A stretch of 64,000 nucleotides of DNA, taken from positions 32,001 to 96,000 of IMG/VR virus record IMGVR_UViG_3300037424_000564. One strand, 5' to 3'. Below the pieces are notes generated by a model. It saw only the letters and a list, made by a program, of their open reading frames with translations. It did no database searches and was not told the origin of the DNA. Both the position numbers and the translations under genes were made by a program. This DNA is from a virus (lineage: Duplodnaviria; Caudoviricetes). Shown here in pieces: positions 60,901 to 64,000 of the stretch (positions are counted from its first letter, which is position 1; every line of letters starts with the position of its first letter).

Positions 60901-61492
60901 CGCTGTTGGCATCGTTATTATTTTTTACATATAAAAAGAATACATTTTCTTCAACGTTTTTTGCAGGAATAATGAATGTTTGGAAGGGCAACCCAGTTCC
61001 AAGGTATGAGAAAGTTTTGAACATACCTTCAAATAATTCAATATCAGCAACTAGCATTCTGTTATCATCAGGAGATACAGTTAAAGTAATATTAGTAAAG
61101 TTGTTATACTGGAATCCGCCAGTAGCAGTGAATATAGTTTTTGCAGGAATAATGATTTTATCTGTATCAGTAAAAGATGCAGTTGAATCATAGTATTTAA
61201 TTTTTCCAGTAATTTTAGATGAAGTTGCACGTTTAGGTCTATATCCCATAGTTTTTGCTATAGATACAGCATTCTTTCTTAAGGTAGTTGTATCAAGAAA
61301 AAAGTTATTAGTTGTATTTGATAATTGATATGACATTAACATTGAAATATATGCCATACTATCAACAATCATTGACATATTAGATGCAGTGAAATCAAAT
61401 ACAGCAGAATATTCAGAATTATCTTTTAGATATTTAATTATTTCACTTCTAACATCTTCAAATTTAAGTGCATTTAATGCAAATTGACTCAT
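57917..61492 (-). CDS. gp6: Baseplate wedge protein gp6-like (extended, 1191 aa)
   Basis: LKFEDVRSEI..YLK, FLDTTTLRKNAVSIAKTMGYRP, AP..F....RAVTKNDY. Confidence 0.88.
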   Translation of the reverse strand: MSQFALNALKFEDVRSEIIKYLKDNSEYSAVFDFTASNMSMIVDSMAYISMLMSYQLSNTTNNFFLDTTTLRKNAVSIAKTMGYRPKRATSSKITGKIKYYDSTASFTDTDKIIIPAKTIFTATGGFQYNNFTNITLTVSPDDNRMLVADIELFEGMFKTFSYLGTGLPFQTFIIPAKNVEENVFFLYVKNNNDANSVKWEEVKQSFNLLSPLSYFVEEDISVEGHVKIAFGDGNISDYPANNQIVNIDYLETSGELANGLSLVSFNTSTLSASFPFDVSNFNDISTTTIASYGGSPYETLEVIKLSAPKSFSMAGRAVTKNDYNTLLSQNAYIYRSNVIGGDELFRGDASKLGNIFLTAIPLYVNTSDVLSSSEIYLTLAQEIAILSEFNKYRIISTKLAFMKPSYIYVTATPELEISTDLNDFETQKLINETTTALKDYIVSNYNQFNTSLRSSRLNSVIGGYDNVISSNINYEYNFIISKNSLYPTGDEDINIIFLPIKITEKDQYGYPSAITNFVKTNAEQKQLLSLGVNDFLPYNQRTIYGNIANTNIDRFIYNEDDSTENVETCKIKIGGVDKFFTVYRFESDNNSNIVGNQKEFIINNEDSPLVATMSVTGTYPYQKDNYTINIGADPEFAIIKRTFNKENGYKGFIRKEADITTVPSNGDFHEAIATFSVALSATNFTSVTKGEYIIYNSSLSGGIWTKTTDLGNISAEDDTELFKSIGNDVVYQISASGDFDGTLTETVSAGDYIIFNVNSTVNPSNKWEKLNYKFITYDALNGLDAGIDLPTAAIDYEIKIVTNVIGTTNFGGRSGNFADSDIIYYDPEESIDTNKWKLIINSFETSALSGIDADPVSGGSLEIFDYSVTGLPIGTSFKVVGIGDFGSSYDRVNWNNLNYIEAYENDVLLYIGNGKWNIYQPSYPLTFNIDGTVGNTLPVNLEYGNIFVIAASGDFNGILPEVYEIGDSIIYIGSNNWKKLISVGSLDASSASNLPVVANVGDVALVTEDGDFSLSTIISPTGDTFVRGDYIIFNGTNWTKMRDYTIEYVDINVELTGQDYINNIGFQSNFYYVYNTTTMLYEFYFDDIFNGTEIGTFRYQSLSTSLTELFEVGKMKFYSSVRGMYNLVETTDLVPLTSLFEDESDLNLIRILPKNKLDSSGNITNDTITDFDTSFNNFTFINVNDATVIK

Positions 61493-61504
61493 ATAATACC
61501 TCGT

Positions 61505-61894
61505 TTAGCGAATCTTGTTCAATGTAATATTTATTGTTTGTGTTTGACTTGATGTTTTCATCGTGAAGATAACACTAATATCAAATGTATTAGTGTTATC
61601 ATTAGTAGATATAAAAACATTTAATTTATCAATTCTTGATTCAAATTTTTGGATACTATCAATAATTGCAGATTCAATTTGCGTAGCTGTAATATTATCC
61701 AATGGTTCAAAAATAAATCTATGCAAAGGACAACCAAATTCGGGGTTCATAATTCGTTCACCCGGTTCAGTAGATAAAATGTTAATTACTGATTCAAGTA
61801 AAGCTTGTTCATTAGTAATGATAGAAATATCTTTCTTACCAACAAAGTCTTTGCCTAATTTAGATATATCGTAGTAATAAATTATTTTTTCCAT
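61505..61894 (-). CDS. gp25: Baseplate wedge protein gp25-like
   Basis: NILSTEPGERIMNPEFGC, FESRI. Confidence 0.9.
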   Translation of the reverse strand: MEKIIYYYDISKLGKDFVGKKDISIITNEQALLESVINILSTEPGERIMNPEFGCPLHRFIFEPLDNITATQIESAIIDSIQKFESRIDKLNVFISTNDNTNTFDISVIFTMKTSSQTQTINITLNKIR

Positions 61895-61925
61895 ATATAA
61901 TATCCTCGGTTTTATTTAGGTAATA

Positions 61926-61956
61926 AAAAAAGGTTGAGAAATTAATCTCAACCTTT
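61926..61956 (-). terminator. Intrinsic terminator after gp32
   Basis: aaaaggttgaga-aattaa-tctcaacctttt. Confidence 0.75.
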
Positions 61957-61980
61957 TTGTCTTCTTGATACTATTTAGTT

Positions 61981-62910
61981 TTATTTTAGATTCTTGAAAA
62001 AATCTTCATCGTCACTATCTACATCATCCCCGCCACTATTATCACTTTGATCATCTGTTCCAGATGCTGTAGGGAAAGAATCAGGAATGTTATTATCATC
62101 GGTAAATAGATCTGAGTTATCATCTTTTTTTGGTTCAGGCTTCTGATTTGTATCAGAAGCAGTCAATCCAAGAATCGCCCCTAAAGTTGAAATAACCTTT
62201 TCGTTGGTAGGAAATTTATCTTCTTCCATGAATGGTGAAAGATCATACACTTTACTCATTACAGCACCAATTTTTTCTTCATTACCAAGAGGTCTTCTAA
62301 CATCGAATTTGCTGTTGTCGAAGTTAGGATAATCACCTTGTTTCTTTTGAACATAAATGAAGTTAGCGCCATCATAAAGATCGAATGGAATATATTCTTC
62401 ATACATACCTTCACCAAGAGACTTCATTTCGTCAGATGGGAACATTTTCTCTTTGATTTTATCGAAGATTTTTATCCCATATTTCAAAAGGAATACCTTA
62501 CCTTCATCTTCTGGGTTTGCGGGATTTTTGATTACTAGAATATTTGAAGTGTATTCTAATTTACGTTTACGAGCAGACGCAATTTTCTTATCACTATCAA
62601 ATGATGAATTCCAATATTCTTGATTTTTCTTGCAGATAGGACATTCACGATCATATCCAAAAGTGTTGAGACAATTTTGAATCCAATATTTCTTTACACC
62701 ATCAGCCATGTAATTGAAATTGTGGGTGTAGATCTTTGCCCAAGGAGTACCATCTTGATCAGGGAGGAAACGAATAATAGCAGTTGCATTTCCTTTGTCA
62801 TCTAGAGTTGGACGCCAAAAGCGTTCATCTTTAACAAAACCTTTTTTATCTTGTTGCTTTACATCTTCTTTAACTTTGTTCCAGTCAAATTTGTACTTAC
62901 CAGTAGCCAT
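61981..62910 (-). CDS. gp32: Single-stranded DNA-binding protein (T4 gp32-like)
   Basis: DERFW, AIIRFLP, CPIC, NILVIKNPANPEDEGKVF, FDLYDGANF, acidic C-terminal tail; start MATGK with AAGGAG SD. Confidence 0.93.
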   Translation of the reverse strand: MATGKYKFDWNKVKEDVKQQDKKGFVKDERFWRPTLDDKGNATAIIRFLPDQDGTPWAKIYTHNFNYMADGVKKYWIQNCLNTFGYDRECPICKKNQEYWNSSFDSDKKIASARKRKLEYTSNILVIKNPANPEDEGKVFLLKYGIKIFDKIKEKMFPSDEMKSLGEGMYEEYIPFDLYDGANFIYVQKKQGDYPNFDNSKFDVRRPLGNEEKIGAVMSKVYDLSPFMEEDKFPTNEKVISTLGAILGLTASDTNQKPEPKKDDNSDLFTDDNNIPDSFPTASGTDDQSDNSGGDDVDSDDEDFFKNLK

Positions 62911-63005
62911 ATGTTTTCTCCTTGTATAACCCATTTCTAGGGTGTCTAGTTTACTTTCCTACCATAGGAAAGTGTTATTATACTTTTATTTAGGTTTTTC
63001 TATAT

Positions 63006-63254
63006 TCAGAAAAAATCTAAAATATTATTATCCTTCTTCAACTTAGGGATAAATCCCTTGTCGATGAATTCTTGTTTTATTTTTGGAATTATTGATTTAT
63101 CTAGGACTTCGGTGAGGTCTTCATAATCATGAATACCATTTTGTTCGCAGAATTCGATAATTGCAATAATATATGATTTATTTTTATATGCAGATTCTTC
63201 TATCTGTAGTGATACATTATCAATCATTTTCTTTACCGTAAACAATATATTCAA
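63006..63254 (-). CDS. gp33: Late transcription coactivator (T4 gp33-like)
   Basis: SYIIAIIEFCEQNGI..EDL...L...I..KIKQE. Confidence 0.75.
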   Translation of the reverse strand: MNILFTVKKMIDNVSLQIEESAYKNKSYIIAIIEFCEQNGIHDYEDLTEVLDKSIIPKIKQEFIDKGFIPKLKKDNNILDFF

Positions 63255-63424
63255 ACATTTGGTTGACTTTTTTGATAATTAATTCTTGTATTTCAATCTC
63301 TAATAAATCACCGCTATATTTATAGTCTATTGTTATTTCTCCTTCCTTTGATATTTCAGATATATCGGATACCTTAACTAATTCTTTATTTGTGACATAT
63401 AATAAAGTTTCTTTCATATTAATC

Positions 63425-64000
63425 CTAAATTAGATTGCTAATTGCTTCTAAAAACTTTTCATTATCATCATATGATATAGTTATAGCGCCAACTTTATCA
63501 TGTCCTCCTGATGTAATAACATTTATTCCCATTTGTTTTATTATAGCAAACAATTCTTGGATTGTCAAATTTAAGTCCTCGTTATATAAGCGTATTGAAT
63601 AACTAAACTGATCTTCCTGACATTGTTTTAGAATAACGTAGTTTTTGACATCTTTAAATACTAATGTGAAATGGTTAGTGTATTTACAAGCAGGATTTAA
63701 AATAAAAACAGTTGAAGTTTCATCTGATCCAGCAAAATAATTATCAATTGTGTCTTTGACATATAATTCTCTATCTTTTTTAAGATCATTTATAATCTTT
63801 TTGTCTTCATCGTCTAATTTATAACCATATTTGAATTTGCTAAAAAATTTCTCGAAATTATATTCCCAAAATAAATCATTCAATCCATATGCATTATTCC
63901 AGTCTTTATCTGTTTTCATCCATGTATCATATATATTAATCATTCCATTCAAATCATATAAATCAGAATAATTATGGTTTGGATTGATTTGATGTAAAAC
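63425..64000 (-). CDS. DHH/DHHA1 family phosphoesterase, C-terminal part (5' end outside window)
   Basis: SGGHDKVGAI DHHA1 motif; frame stays open to the window edge. Confidence 0.65.
   Translation of the reverse strand, partial: VLHQINPNHNYSDLYDLNGMINIYDTWMKTDKDWNNAYGLNDLFWEYNFEKFFSKFKYGYKLDDEDKKIINDLKKDRELYVKDTIDNYFAGSDETSTVFILNPACKYTNHFTLVFKDVKNYVILKQCQEDQFSYSIRLYNEDLNLTIQELFAIIKQMGINVITSGGHDKVGAITISYDDNEKFLEAISNLI

Noticed and set aside
120-63952. All other plus-strand ORFs in the track
   Set aside because: They are short, antisense to convincing minus-strand genes or tRNAs, and show no recognisable motifs

Overview
The window is a ~64 kb piece of an AT-rich (roughly 30% GC by eye), T4-like (Tevenvirinae/jumbo-myovirus type) phage genome; essentially all real genes lie on the minus strand. 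Recognisable T4-type core genes are the clamp loader gp44/gp62, sliding clamp gp45, type II topoisomerase (gp52 plus a large subunit split in two by an endonuclease gene), gp32 SSB, gp33, and baseplate gp25/gp6/gp7-like/gp8-like interleaved with DUF285/BspA-repeat proteins. Accessory genes include MazG, dNMP kinase, a 5'-nucleotidase, NUDIX, phosphoesterases, two RNA ligases, PTH2, SLT, three radical-SAM proteins and several free-standing HNH/GIY-YIG-type endonucleases. A ~9.6 kb RNA island (19.3-28.9 kb) holds about 30 tRNA or tRNA-like genes whose anticodons cover all 20 amino acids, many structurally atypical, plus roughly ten unexplained structured RNAs. Most promising candidates for undescribed biology: (1) four otherwise unrelated proteins sharing an N-terminal MKxRQSFVANSSSSSF motif, co-oriented with an atypical CX7CX2C radical-SAM enzyme; (2) a three-copy structured leader RNA (GGCUAU...GGCAUCCUUCUA...GCCU...AAUCWCC) directly upstream of a 701-aa TerD-domain gene, an adjacent HNH gene and a small ORF; (3) two Arg-anticodon tRNA-like RNAs with the D-loop motif moved 3' of the anticodon arm; (4) an RNA carrying three T-loops and other tRNA-mimic RNAs. 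All assignments come from motif reading by eye; no searches or folding programs were run.
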